Source of the DNA: an uncultured Acidobacteriota bacterium
Lineage (GTDB): Bacteria; Acidobacteriota; UBA6911
NCBI GenBank assembly: GCA_963843575.1
Contig: CAWJKZ010000014.1
Span: 224,001-288,000 of the forward strand
DNA length: 64,000 nt
Reading direction: 5' to 3'
Part shown: positions 41,617 through 51,856 of the stretch, one piece after another
Numbering within the stretch: the first letter of the stretch is position 1
How the letters are laid out: every line of letters begins with the position of its first letter
The notes under the pieces: generated by a model
Told to the model about the DNA's origin: nothing
The model's database searches: none
Seen by the model: the letters and a program-made list of their open reading frames with translations, nothing else
Program-made: the position numbers and the translations under genes

Positions 41617-43358
41617 TGTATGCCCTGCGCGCCTCGCGCCGGTGCCTCGGTGGAGGGGCGGTTTGAGACCAGCACCAGCTCCTGCTGAGCCCAGCTGTTT
41701 TGATCGAACAAGCCGCGTAATCGGGTCACCAGCCGCGCCCGCCGGTCGAGTATGTAGAGGATCTGATCCCTGGTGCCCGCCAGGTAGTTTTGATCCTGCT
41801 CCGTCATAATGCAGAACACCCGTTGCGGCGACTGCAACCTGCGCACCATGGCGTCTGCATCGAATTCCTCGAAGATCGGGCGGCGCAGGTAGTAGACCAT
41901 ACTGGGCACCGTGGCACGGAAATAACCGGCCTCGTCTCCAGGTTGCGCCTGGTCGCGGATCGCCTCGCACAGCTCCTTCACCGGGCGGAACTGCTCCAGG
42001 GCAGGCAGGTAGACCACCGGGGTGAGCGTAAACACCGTCCACAGGCCCGCTGCCATGACCACGATACTCGCTGCAATCCGGAACCTCGCAAGCTGCCACG
42101 CCATGGCCAGCGCCGAGGCCAGCAGCACCGCCGGCGCCGCATAGTGTAGCATGCCGGGCAGTTCCGGAATAACGGCGCGGGCCGCGAACGCCGCGACCAG
42201 AGAGATCGCCAGCATCACGAGCGCGGCCAGGGCTGCCGCCGAGCCCCATCCTGCGCAGAGCGCTGGATCGGGTGCGGTCCGCGGAGGCTGAGTCCCGGCA
42301 CCGCACGCTGGCCCGGCCGCGCGCAGCCGGTCAAGCATTCCACCGAGGAATACGGCAAGAAGAGGGTACGAAGCGGCGATGTAGTATTCCTGCTTGTTCT
42401 TCGACAGCGAGAACAGGACCAGGACGAGCGCGCCCCAGACCAGGGGGAACCCCGTCGCCGGGTCAGCGAAGGGCGCGTGCCGCTTCCTCCCCTGCCACAG
42501 GTGCGCGACGGCGGCCAGCGACAGCAGCGACCAGGGGAAGAAATCGGCCAGATAGATCGGCAGGTAGTAGAACGGGCCACGGGCCGGGCCGAAGGACTCG
42601 GACGCAAAGCGGCCCAGGTTGTCCCGCAAGAAGAAGGGCGTGATATACGTCCAGCCGTGAGTGACATAAATGGCGGAATACCAGGGAAGGATCACGGCCA
42701 GGAAGACCGCAGCGCCGGCGAGAGGTCTTGTTTGGCGCAGCACGGATCGACGCGACCAGAGCCCCCACAGGAGCAACGCCCCGGCCGGAATGACCACGGC
42801 GACCGGTCCCTTGGTCATGAACCCGAGCCCGGCACAGGCGTAGGCGGCCAGCCAGCTCCGCCGCGACCTCGCGGTAATTGCGCGGACAATGCAGAAGGCG
42901 GTCGCGGCCAGCCAGAACAGGAGCAACGCGTCGATCGGGAGCTTGCGGGTGACAACGAAAAACCGCGGTGTCGTCGAACAGATTGCCGCCGCAGCCAGGC
43001 CGGCGAACGGTGAGTACAGCATGCGGCCCATGCCGAAGACGAGTATCAGGGTCCCCACGGCGGCCAGGGCGCCCGGAAGGCGGACGCTGAACTCGCGCAC
43101 CCCGAAAATCTTGTACGATGCCAGCACTGCCCAGTACGTCAGGGGCGGCTTCTGCGGCCGTGCCTGGTAGTTGAAGGCGGGCGCCAGGTAATTACCGGAC
43201 TCGATCATCTCTCGTGGCGTTTCAGCGTAGAACGCCTCGTTGGCGTCCCACAGCGACGAGCTGCCGAGGTTCAGGCAGTAGGGCAGTGCGAGCAGGGCGA
43301 GTACCAGCGCGTGCGGCAGCGAGGTGGGGAAACGGGGTGTCGTGACGTGTGCCGGCAT
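41613..43358 (-). CDS. ArnT/GT39-family membrane glycosyltransferase
   Basis: LWDANEAFYAETPREM, KPPLTYW, RLP, MTKGP, SKNKQEYY. Confidence 0.9.
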   Translation of the reverse strand: MPAHVTTPRFPTSLPHALVLALLALPYCLNLGSSSLWDANEAFYAETPREMIESGNYLAPAFNYQARPQKPPLTYWAVLASYKIFGVREFSVRLPGALAAVGTLILVFGMGRMLYSPFAGLAAAAICSTTPRFFVVTRKLPIDALLLFWLAATAFCIVRAITARSRRSWLAAYACAGLGFMTKGPVAVVIPAGALLLWGLWSRRSVLRQTRPLAGAAVFLAVILPWYSAIYVTHGWTYITPFFLRDNLGRFASESFGPARGPFYYLPIYLADFFPWSLLSLAAVAHLWQGRKRHAPFADPATGFPLVWGALVLVLFSLSKNKQEYYIAASYPLLAVFLGGMLDRLRAAGPACGAGTQPPRTAPDPALCAGWGSAAALAALVMLAISLVAAFAARAVIPELPGMLHYAAPAVLLASALAMAWQLARFRIAASIVVMAAGLWTVFTLTPVVYLPALEQFRPVKELCEAIRDQAQPGDEAGYFRATVPSMVYYLRRPIFEEFDADAMVRRLQSPQRVFCIMTEQDQNYLAGTRDQILYILDRRARLVTRLRGLFDQNSWAQQELVLVSNRPSTEAPARGAQGIQ

Positions 43359-43369
43359 GCCGGGCCCTT

Positions 43370-45880
43370 TTAGAACAGCGATTTCTGCATCTCTTCGATG
43401 ACCTCGTCCGTCGTGCGGCGGCGGGCGCGCCCCGCCAGGTCGATCTCCTTCTTCTCGAGCCGCTGCAGGATCTCGGCGGCCCGCGCGAGCACCTCGGGCG
43501 GCAGGCCGGCGAGCCGGGCCACCTCGATGCCGTAGCTCTTGTCGGCGGTGCCCGGGGTGACGCGTTTGAGGAAAACGATTTCGTTCCCCGCCTCCTGGAT
43601 CGCCATGCAGTAGTTCTTTACGCCGCCGTGCAGCCCCGCCATTTTTGTCAGCTCGTGGTAATGGGTGGCGAAGAGCGTCTTGGCGCGGTGCGCGGGATTC
43701 TGCACGAGGTACTCGGCCACCGCCCAGGCGATCGACAGACCGTCGAAGGTCGCGGTGCCGCGCCCGACCTCGTCCAGGAGGATCAGGCTGCGGTTGGTCG
43801 CTGTGTTGAGTATGTTCGCGGTCTCGATCATCTCCACCATGAAGGTCGATCGTCCACGCGCCAGGTTGTCGGAGGCGCCCACCCGCGTGTAGATGCGGTC
43901 CACGACGCCGATGCGTGCCTCGCGCGCAGGGACGAACGAACCCACCTGCGCCAGGATCACGATCAGCGCGGTCTGGCGCAGGTACGTCGACTTGCCACCC
44001 ATGTTGGGGCCTGTGAGGATGAGGAGCTGGTCGGTCGACGTGTTTATGAAAAGGTCGTTCGGGATAAACGGGCGACTCTGCAACTCCACCACGGGGTGTC
44101 GGCCCTGACGGATGTAGATTCCGTCGTCCTCCGTGAGCTGCGGGCGGACGTAGTCGTTGTGGACGGCCACCTCGGCCAGCGCCCCGTAGACGTCGAGTTC
44201 CGCGATCAGCCCGGCGGTCGCTTGTATCCGGACGGCCTCGGCGGCGACGACGGCGCGCACCTGGGCGAACAGCTCCTTCTCGAGCGCCGCGATGCGCTCC
44301 TCGGCTCCCAGTACCTTCTCCTCGTAGCTTTGCAGCTCCTCGGTGATGAACCGCTCGCAGTTGACCAGCGTCTGCTTCCTGATGTAGTCCCCCGGCACCT
44401 GCGGGAGGTTGGGCTTGGTGACCTCGATGAAATACCCGAAGACATGGTTGTATTTGACCTTCAGCGACGCGATGCCGGAGCGCTGACGCTCGCGCGCCTC
44501 CAGCGAGGCGATGTAGCCCTTTCCGCTGGAGCGCACCGCGCGCAATTCGTCGAGTTCCCGGGAATAGCCGTCCCGGATGACGCCGGGTTCGGAGGCCGAG
44601 CCGGGCGGATCGTCCGCGATGGCGGCCTCGATCAGACGGACCACGTCGGGAAGGTCATCCATCCCCGTTCGCACCGCCGCAAGGCGCGCCGACGGGAGGT
44701 TCTGCAGCAGCGCCCGCAGGAGCGGCACCCGTAGCAGAGAATCGTGTAGCGACAGCATCTCACGAGGATTGGCCACCCCGACCAGGAGGCGGCTGACCAG
44801 CCGTTCCAGATCGTGAATCTCGGCGAGCTTGCCCTTGAGGCGCTCGTGCGCCTGCACGTTGCCTGCGAGCGCCTCGACGGCGTCCAGTCGGAGCGCCAGG
44901 GCCGAAACATCCAGGAGCGGAGCCGTGAGCCAGGATTTCAGAAGCCGCCCACCCATCCCGGTTCGAGTGTGGTCCAGGAAGGCGAGCAGCGACCCCTTGC
45001 GGTTCCCATCGAGGGTCTGCACGAGTTCGAGGTTGGCCGACGTCGAGCTGTCCAGTTTCAGAAAATGGGCCGGTTCGAAGAAACGCAGGGTCGCGACCTT
45101 GCCGAGGTGCCCCAGCTGGGTGTCGCGCAGATAGTGGATCAGGGCTCCGGCGGCGCAGAGCGAGAGGTCTTGCCCCTCGGCGCCGAGCCCGTCGAGGGTG
45201 GCAAGTCCGAAGTGCTCGAGCAGCAGGCGCTGCGCATAGTCGAGGTTGAACACCCAGCCGTCCAGCGGGCTGGCCACCCAGTCGCCCGACCACTCCGACG
45301 ACAGCCTCGCCTTCAGTTCCGGGGCGGATTGTGCTGGCAGGACCAGCTCGCGCGGCCGGAAAATGTCGAGTTCGTCGATTGCCTTCTGCCACGCCCCATC
45401 ACCGGCGAACTGGGTTGCGACGAAGTCGGCCGTGGACAGGTCCATGAACGCCAGGCCTGTCCCGGAGTCGCTGGTGACGAGGCTGCCGAGGTAGTTGTGA
45501 TCCTTGGCCTCGAGCAACATCTCCTCGACGACTGTCCCGGGCGTCAGGATTCTGGTAACCTCCCGGTGCACGAGCTTTTTGGCCGTGCGCGGGTCTTCGA
45601 CCTGCTCGCATATGGCGATCTTGTGCCCCTTCTTGAGGAGCCGGGCGATGTAGCCGTCCACGGAGTGGTAGGGGACGCCGCACATCGGTATCGGGGCTCC
45701 AGACTTGTCTTTGTTGCGCGCCGTGAGGGTGATCTCTAGTTCGCGAGACGCGATCACGGCATCTTCGTAGAACATTTCGTAGAAGTCGCCGAGCCGGAAG
45801 AACACGAGCTTGCCGGGAAATCGGCGTTTGGCCTCGTGGTACTGTTTCATCATGGGCGTGAGGTCTTCCAAGGTCGGCAT
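43370..45880 (-). CDS. mutS: DNA mismatch repair protein MutS
   Basis: TPMMKQY, GDFYEMF, TGPNMGGKSTYLRQ, STFMVE, DEVGRGT, SYGIEVA. Confidence 0.98.
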   Translation of the reverse strand: MPTLEDLTPMMKQYHEAKRRFPGKLVFFRLGDFYEMFYEDAVIASRELEITLTARNKDKSGAPIPMCGVPYHSVDGYIARLLKKGHKIAICEQVEDPRTAKKLVHREVTRILTPGTVVEEMLLEAKDHNYLGSLVTSDSGTGLAFMDLSTADFVATQFAGDGAWQKAIDELDIFRPRELVLPAQSAPELKARLSSEWSGDWVASPLDGWVFNLDYAQRLLLEHFGLATLDGLGAEGQDLSLCAAGALIHYLRDTQLGHLGKVATLRFFEPAHFLKLDSSTSANLELVQTLDGNRKGSLLAFLDHTRTGMGGRLLKSWLTAPLLDVSALALRLDAVEALAGNVQAHERLKGKLAEIHDLERLVSRLLVGVANPREMLSLHDSLLRVPLLRALLQNLPSARLAAVRTGMDDLPDVVRLIEAAIADDPPGSASEPGVIRDGYSRELDELRAVRSSGKGYIASLEARERQRSGIASLKVKYNHVFGYFIEVTKPNLPQVPGDYIRKQTLVNCERFITEELQSYEEKVLGAEERIAALEKELFAQVRAVVAAEAVRIQATAGLIAELDVYGALAEVAVHNDYVRPQLTEDDGIYIRQGRHPVVELQSRPFIPNDLFINTSTDQLLILTGPNMGGKSTYLRQTALIVILAQVGSFVPAREARIGVVDRIYTRVGASDNLARGRSTFMVEMIETANILNTATNRSLILLDEVGRGTATFDGLSIAWAVAEYLVQNPAHRAKTLFATHYHELTKMAGLHGGVKNYCMAIQEAGNEIVFLKRVTPGTADKSYGIEVARLAGLPPEVLARAAEILQRLEKKEIDLAGRARRRTTDEVIEEMQKSLF

Positions 45881-45994
45881 TCCCTTGCATGCTGCCGCGA
45901 GGCCGCGCCGGTGCAGTCGGCCCGGGAGCGCGTGTCCGGCTTCGGGGGTGAGCTTGACGCGGGGCGTCTAGACGACTGGAAATATAGACAATTC

Positions 45995-46042
45995 TTGTAC
46001 TTAAAGAAGGCGAAGTATATAATTTTGCCTCCGTATTGTCAA
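45995..46042. promoter_or_regulatory. Overlapping divergent sigma70 promoters for mutS (-) and tsaB (+)
   Basis: Minus strand: TTGACA (46042-46037), 17 nt, TATACT (46019-46014). Plus strand: TTGTAC (45995-46000), 17 nt, TATAAT (46018-46023). Confidence 0.75.
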
Positions 46043-46047
46043 TCATC

Positions 46048-46746
46048 ATGGCGAATTCTCCGACCCTGAAGGTGCTGTCGATCGACACCGCAACCCGACG
46101 CGGCAGTGTGGCGCTCCACGCCGGTGCGGACCTCGCGGCCGAACTCCGGCTCTCCTCGTTCGAGACGCACTCCGCCCGACTGCTCAGGAGCGTCGAGTAT
46201 CTACTGGACGTCGCCGGGTGGACAGCGCACGATCTCGGGCTGGTCGCGGCCGGCATCGGGCCCGGATCCTTTACCGGCATACGCATCGGCGTCTCGACCG
46301 CCCTGGGCTTGGCGCAGAGTCTGCGGGATACCGTTTGCCGGAATCTCGGGGTTCGATAGCCTGGCCGCCCGTTTCGCCTTCCTCGACCAACCGCTCGGCG
46401 TCGTGCTCGACGCGCAGCGCGCGTCAAGTCTATTTTGCGGAGTACGCGAACGCCGGCCGGGGGCCGAAGTGCGTGGTGCAGGCGTCGTTGTGGAATCCCG
46501 AGAAGCTCGCGCTTCGCCTGCGTCGGAGGCGTGTCTACCTCGTCGGGGACGGGATCGAACAGTCTGGGGCTTCCCGTGCGCGGCCGGGCGTGGCCACGCA
46601 TAGTCGAGGCCGAGCTGTTCCTGGCGCGGGACATCGGACGGCTCGCGTCGAGCCGCAGGAGGAGCTGGCGCCGCGGGGACTTCCTCGCCGCCGAACCACT
46701 GTACATCAGACCCCCCGACGCGCTCAGGTCCAAACCGAGAGTCTGA
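46048..46746 (+). CDS. tsaB: tRNA threonylcarbamoyladenosine biosynthesis protein TsaB (several frameshifts)
   Basis: VLSIDTAT, HSARL, GPGSFTGIRIG / GIPFAGISG, LDAQR / QVYFAEY / EPLYIRP, spread over different frames. Confidence 0.88.
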
Positions 46747-46747
46747 C

Positions 46748-47212
46748 ATGCAGGCTGCCACCTACTTGACCAGGCTGACGACCGACGATATTCCGGTGCT
46801 CGAGGTGCTCGAGACCGAGACACGCCTGTCCTTCTGGGGCACCGAGAACTACCGCCGTTTCCTCGAGGAGTTCCCCGAGTACTTCGGGTGCAAGGTCATG
46901 GTGCAGGGCGAACGCGGGCGTGGCCAACTGGGCGGGTTCGTCCTGGCGAGATCGCTCTTCGAGAACCTGGAGATCCTCAAGCTCGGGGTTTTCCCCGAGT
47001 ACCAGCGCTGCGGCATGGGCACGTCGCTGATGGAGGCGGCTTACGCCGAGGGCTTGCGCCGGGGGTGCACCCGCTGCTTTCTCGAGGTGCGCAAGTCCAA
47101 CCAGAACGCGATCCAGTTTTATCTCGGGCACAAATTCCGGATCGCCGGGACCCGTCTAAACTACTACGCGGATCCCGTGGAGGACGCCTGGATCATGGAG
47201 CGGTCGCTCTGA
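46748..47212 (+). CDS. rimI: Ribosomal protein alanine N-acetyltransferase (GNAT)
   Basis: QRCGMG, FLEVRKSNQNAI.FY, F...GTR.NYY.DPVEDAWIM; follows tsaB. Confidence 0.88.
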   Translation: MQAATYLTRLTTDDIPVLEVLETETRLSFWGTENYRRFLEEFPEYFGCKVMVQGERGRGQLGGFVLARSLFENLEILKLGVFPEYQRCGMGTSLMEAAYAEGLRRGCTRCFLEVRKSNQNAIQFYLGHKFRIAGTRLNYYADPVEDAWIMERSL

Positions 47213-47264
47213 CGTCGCCCGGTGCGGACGAGGGCGGCGGCGGGGGATCCTGATCAATGCGTCC

Positions 47265-47613
47265 TCACGCCGGAAGTAGTCGTCCGTGCCGTCCAGCCAG
47301 TCCTGGCGGATCGGGCTGAACACGTCCACGGCGAGGGTGTCCTCGAGCGCCAGCACCCGGTGCGGGACGTTGGGCGGAGTCACCAGCACCTCGCCGGCGC
47401 GAGCCACCACACTCCTCGCCCTCGACCTGGAACCGCAGGGCACCCCGCAGCACCAGGGTGACCTGTTCGCTGACGTGCGCGTGTTCGGGCACCACGGCTC
47501 CCTGTTTCAGGTCGATCTGAGCGACCATGACGTTCTACACCCGATATCACCTTGCGAGAAATGCCCTGCGTGACCGGTTCCCAGGTCATCCGTTCCCACG
47601 AGTGGAATTGCAT
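47265..47613 (-). CDS. Cupin-domain protein (frameshifted; 3' end approximate)
   Basis: MQFHSWERMTWE / VPEHAHVSEQ / PPNVPH...DVFSPIRQDWL in three frames; RBS AGGAGG. Confidence 0.8.
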
Positions 47614-47756
47614 CGTCCCCTCCTGATGCGCGCCGATGCTGCAATTCAGGGTCGCAGGATAGCAGAGGTCCGGGTCCTTGAGTCACATTTTTAATAGTGG
47701 TAGTATCGCGGCGTCAATCGGCCTAAACCGCACCAGACCTGAAGCACGCAACGGGG

Positions 47757-47790
47757 AAGGAGCAGCACCCGACAAGGAGCAGCACCCGAC
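47757..47790 (+). repeat. Perfect 17-bp tandem duplication containing a Shine-Dalgarno sequence
   Basis: AAGGAGCAGCACCCGAC twice, immediately before ATG 47792. Confidence 0.85.
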
Positions 47791-47791
47791 A

Positions 47792-48151
47792 ATGAAGACC
47801 TCGAATGACGGCCCGAACGCGTCGGCCACAACGCCCGAACCGCAGGCCGGCTGGCCCTCCTACACGATGGTCGAAGATCGGATGAAGAAGATCTACTTCG
47901 ACTTCTACCAGGAGACGTACAAGAAAACCAACATCGACCGCAAGACCAAGGAGTTGATCGCCATCGCGGCGTCTCTCGGTTTCAAGTGCCAGGGTTGTCT
48001 CAACGGGCACATCAAGAAGGCCAAGAAATTCGGGGCGACACCCGAGGAGATCAGCGAGGCCATCGCCATCGCGATGGGCGTCGCCGCTGCGTCGGTGGTC
48101 GATCTCACCGACATCGCGGCCGAGCACCTGCGCATCAAGCACTTCGAATAG
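47792..48151 (+). CDS. Carboxymuconolactone decarboxylase/AhpD-family protein
   Basis: IDRKTKELIAIAAS..KCQGCLNGH, GATPEEISEA. Confidence 0.88.
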   Translation: MKTSNDGPNASATTPEPQAGWPSYTMVEDRMKKIYFDFYQETYKKTNIDRKTKELIAIAASLGFKCQGCLNGHIKKAKKFGATPEEISEAIAIAMGVAAASVVDLTDIAAEHLRIKHFE

Positions 48152-48157
48152 GATCCG

Positions 48158-49348
48158 ATGACTGCCGCCAACAGGGAAGGGACCAGGGTCATTCTCGCTC
48201 TGTTCCTGGTCCTGTTCCTCGGGGTCGCGGACAACCAGGTGCTCAGCCCGCTCCTCCCCGCGATACGCGCGCAATTCGGCAAGTCGGCTCAGCAGGCCGG
48301 TTGGCTTTATACCGGCTACTCGGTCACTGCCGGCGTTTCGGTGCTGCTGTGGGGACCGCTGTCGGGCCGGATTGGCTCGAAACGGGGATTGCTGGCGGGA
48401 CTGCTGCTGTTTGCGGGCGGTTCGTGCGTTTCGTTCAGCGCCGGGGCCTTTTCGACGCTCATGGCGGGACGCGTAGTTACCGGCATGGGGGCAAGCATGC
48501 TGAGCCTGAACACGCTCTTCTATGCCGCGGAGTACTTCCCCTACGCGAGCCGCGGCTGGGCGATGGGTTCGATCGTCTCCTCCTATTTCGCCGCCCTGAT
48601 CCTGGGGGTCCCGCTCGGGTCATTCCTCGGCGCAGCGGCAGGGTGGAATGCGGTATTCGGCGCCGGTTGCCTCTGCGCGCTCCTGCTCACCGCGGGGCTC
48701 GTGCCGCTGCTGCCTAACCCGGACAACGCAGCCGAGCGCGGCGCCGCGCATTTTGCCCTGGCGCAGCACGTGCGCACATACGCCGGTTTCCTGCAGTCGC
48801 CCAGGACGGCCGGGGCTCTGGTCAGTTCGCTTTTCGCATCGGCTGGGACTATGGGTTTCCTGGCCTTCGTCGGGATATGGCTGCACGATAGCTTTGGCAC
48901 ATCGAGCCGGCAGACGGGCTTGGTCTTTATCGCCTCCGGGGCCGCCGCCCTTCTGGCCTCGCCGCTTGCGGGTGCGCTGTCGGACAGGATCGGCAAGCGG
49001 GTGCAGTTCGTCCTGAGCAACGTGCTCATGGCGCTGCTGCTGTTCATCCTGCCCGGCATGCGGTGGGGCGTGCTCCTCTTTTTCGTTTTCGGGGGCATCA
49101 GCCTGGCGGCCGCGTTTCGCCAGGGGCCGATGGAGGCGCTGCTGTCCGAGGTGATCTCGGGGCGCTCCCGCGCCTCATTTATCGCATTGAAGAACTCCTT
49201 CTCCCAGCTCGGCATCGGGCTAGCCGCGCTTGCGTGCGGCGCGCTGTTCGAGTCGGCGGGCTATTGGGGAGTCTGCCTGTTTTGCGCGGGCGCCAATCTG
49301 CTCGCGGCCGGCGGCGTCATTTTCCTGCTGCGCGGGCCAGCGTTGTGA
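48158..49348 (+). CDS. MFS transporter
   Basis: About 12 TM segments; GPLSGRIGSK and GALSDRIGKR loop motifs. Confidence 0.9.
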   Translation: MTAANREGTRVILALFLVLFLGVADNQVLSPLLPAIRAQFGKSAQQAGWLYTGYSVTAGVSVLLWGPLSGRIGSKRGLLAGLLLFAGGSCVSFSAGAFSTLMAGRVVTGMGASMLSLNTLFYAAEYFPYASRGWAMGSIVSSYFAALILGVPLGSFLGAAAGWNAVFGAGCLCALLLTAGLVPLLPNPDNAAERGAAHFALAQHVRTYAGFLQSPRTAGALVSSLFASAGTMGFLAFVGIWLHDSFGTSSRQTGLVFIASGAAALLASPLAGALSDRIGKRVQFVLSNVLMALLLFILPGMRWGVLLFFVFGGISLAAAFRQGPMEALLSEVISGRSRASFIALKNSFSQLGIGLAALACGALFESAGYWGVCLFCAGANLLAAGGVIFLLRGPAL

Positions 49349-49451
49349 GCCGTATTGGGAAAAAGCTTTCGATGAAGTCCCGATTTGGCTAGAATACGCA
49401 AACATCATAAGGTAATTGTAACTTCGGCTCCTCTTTCCAAGGAGGTTCCTT

Positions 49452-50577
49452 TTGCGGACTGCAAAGTACATCCTGCTGGCAGCGGCCCTGGGGCTCGGAT
49501 TGATCGGGTGCGGTGGCGGCAAAGAAGGCCCGAACGCCCAAGCCTCGATGAAAAAGAACAAGATGGTGCGCATCGCGACCGATGCCGTAAACCTGCCGTT
49601 TGAATTCGGAGCCGGCACCGGAGTTCAGGGCTTCGACGTGGATATCGGCACCGAGATCGGCAAAGATCTGGGTTACGAGGTGAGGTGGGTCAAGGTGCCC
49701 TTTGAACGCATTTTCGACATTCTGAAAAACGGGGAGGCGGAGTTGGTAATATCGGCCATCTCGATCACCCCGGAGCGGAAGAAGGATTTCGCGTTTTCGG
49801 AGCCCTACTTTGACAGCGGCAACACCATCGCCCGCCGACGCGACAAGCCGGCGATCAAGGACCTCGCCAGCCTGTCGGGCAAGAAGGTGGGAATCCAGAA
49901 CCTCACCACTGGCAACAAGTTCATGGAGACTCAGAAGACAGCCCCCAATGTGACCATCGTGAAGTTTCAGACACTCGACGACGCGCTCGGTGCGCTCAAC
50001 CGCACGGAAATCGAAGCGGTCATCGGCGACGAACCGATCCTGACCTACAGCATCTACAAGAGCTTTCCGAACCTCGTCCCCATCGGCGTGCGGCTCGACC
50101 AGGAGCAATACGGCGTGGTGGTGCGCAAGGACGAGAAGGAGCTCCTGGCCAAGGTCAACGAGACCATCGCCCGCCTGAAGAAATCGGGGGAACTGGAAGC
50201 GCTGCGCAGCAAGTGGTTCCAGAACGTCATGGAGGAGGTCGGCAAACAGCGCGACGAGATGGCGAGGCAGGAAGCTATGAAGGAAGCGCCCAAGGATGTC
50301 ACCTTCAACTTCATCAAGACGGGCGGCAGCCTGGAACATGGAGCGGCTCGACGGTTACCAGGTGGTGCTGGCAGGAGCGCAGTCGTATCAGTCGACGCCG
50401 ATCTTGACCAGCGGCCCTCGCGGCAGCTGCAGGATCTCCGGCGTCGCGCCGGGCGACTACCGCCTGAACATCAGCATTTTCAGGCTGAGCACGGACGTTA
50501 AGATCCCCAAGATCCCCGCTCGCGCGATCACGTTCGACGTGAGCATCAGCAATACGATCGCCATTACCCAGAAATAG
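49452..50577 (+). CDS. Amino-acid ABC substrate-binding lipoprotein (SBP family 3) with C-terminal beta domain; frameshift near 50330
   Basis: Lipobox LIGC; PFE, GFDVD, ISITPERK, FSEPYF, KWF; C-terminal extension continues in another frame to 50577. Confidence 0.85.
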
Positions 50578-50581
50578 CCGG

Positions 50582-50616
50582 GAGGGGCCGGGGCGCCTGC
50601 AGCGGCCCGGCCCCTC
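50582..50616 (+). terminator. GC-rich hairpin after the SBP gene (no U tract)
   Basis: GAGGGGCCGGG ... CCCGGCCCCTC, 11-bp perfect inverted repeat. Confidence 0.45.
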
Positions 50617-50637
50617 TGACCCGATCACCGTTCCGAC

Positions 50638-51818
50638 ATGACTTCTCGCCCGCTGCAAGCTGTTCTGATCACCGCGCTGCTGTCGAGCGCCGCGACGATC
50701 GTGCTGCTGCGCTGGCACGTGCTCCCGTCGGGGCACCCGGCCCTGGCACGCCGGCGCCTGCCGCGGTCGCTGCCGCACCCTCCGGACAACCGCCGCTCAG
50801 CGCGGACGAACAGGTCAACACCCAGGTCTACGACAGGATCAGCCCCGGCGTCGTCAACATCACCTCGACCGTCGTCGAGTACGATTTCTTTTTCTCGCCC
50901 GTCGCCCGTGAAGGGGCGACCGGCAGCGGCTGCGTCCTGGACCAGGACGGCCATGTGCTCACCAACTTCCACGTCATCGAGTCGGCGCAGAGCCTCGAAG
51001 TCGCGTTGCCCGATCACAGCAAGTACCGGGCGTCGGTCGTGGGCACCGACAAGCAGAACGATATCGCGGTGCTCCAGCTGAAAAATGCCCCGCCGGAACG
51101 CCTTCACCCGTTGCCGCTCGGAGACTCGGCGAGCCTGAAGGTTGGTCAGAAAGTGCTCGCCCTCGGCAACCCGTTCAGGCTGCAGAACACGCTGACGGTC
51201 GGCATCATCAGCTCGCTCGGCCGCCGGATTCGCACCGAGGGCGGGCGACCTGGTGGAGAACGTCATCCAGACCGATGCCGCTATCAATCCCGGCAATTCC
51301 GGCGGACCCCTTGCTGAATACGGCCGGCGAGATGATCGGCATCAACACCTCTATTTTCACGACGAGCGGCGGCAACATCGGGATCGGTTTCGCCGTGCCC
51401 GTCAACACCGTCCGGCGGGTCGTGAACGACCTTCTTCAGGAGGGGCGCGTCGTTCGGCCCTGGATGGGAGTCGAAGGATTACGAGGTCACGGAGGACCTC
51501 TCGTCGGCGCTCGACCTGCCCGGTCACCACCGGCATCCTCGTCGCCAAGGTCTACCGGGGCAGTTCGGCCGACAGCGCCGGGATACGGGGTGCCACCGAC
51601 ATCGCGATCCTCTACAACGAGCGGATCCTGATCGGCGGAGACATCATCACCCGTCTCGAAGGAAAGCCCATCGCTTCGATGGACGATTTGCGCCTCGCCC
51701 TGGAAGGACAGAAAACCGGGTGAGACGGTCCGGCTTACGGTCTACAGGAGCCAAACGCCAGATCGAAATCCCTGTGCCGCTGGTGGAAGCTCCGCGACAG
51801 CGCGGGCTTCGGTTCTGA
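50638..51818 (+). CDS. HtrA/DegP-family serine protease with PDZ domain (many frameshifts)
   Basis: TM anchor; catalytic triad motifs TNFHVI, NDIAVL and [15 protein letters not shown]; IGFAVP; GDIIT, spread across frames. Confidence 0.88.
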
Positions 51819-51856
51819 GCCCGGACCTCTCCTCCATTTCCGACCGAGATTTCACA

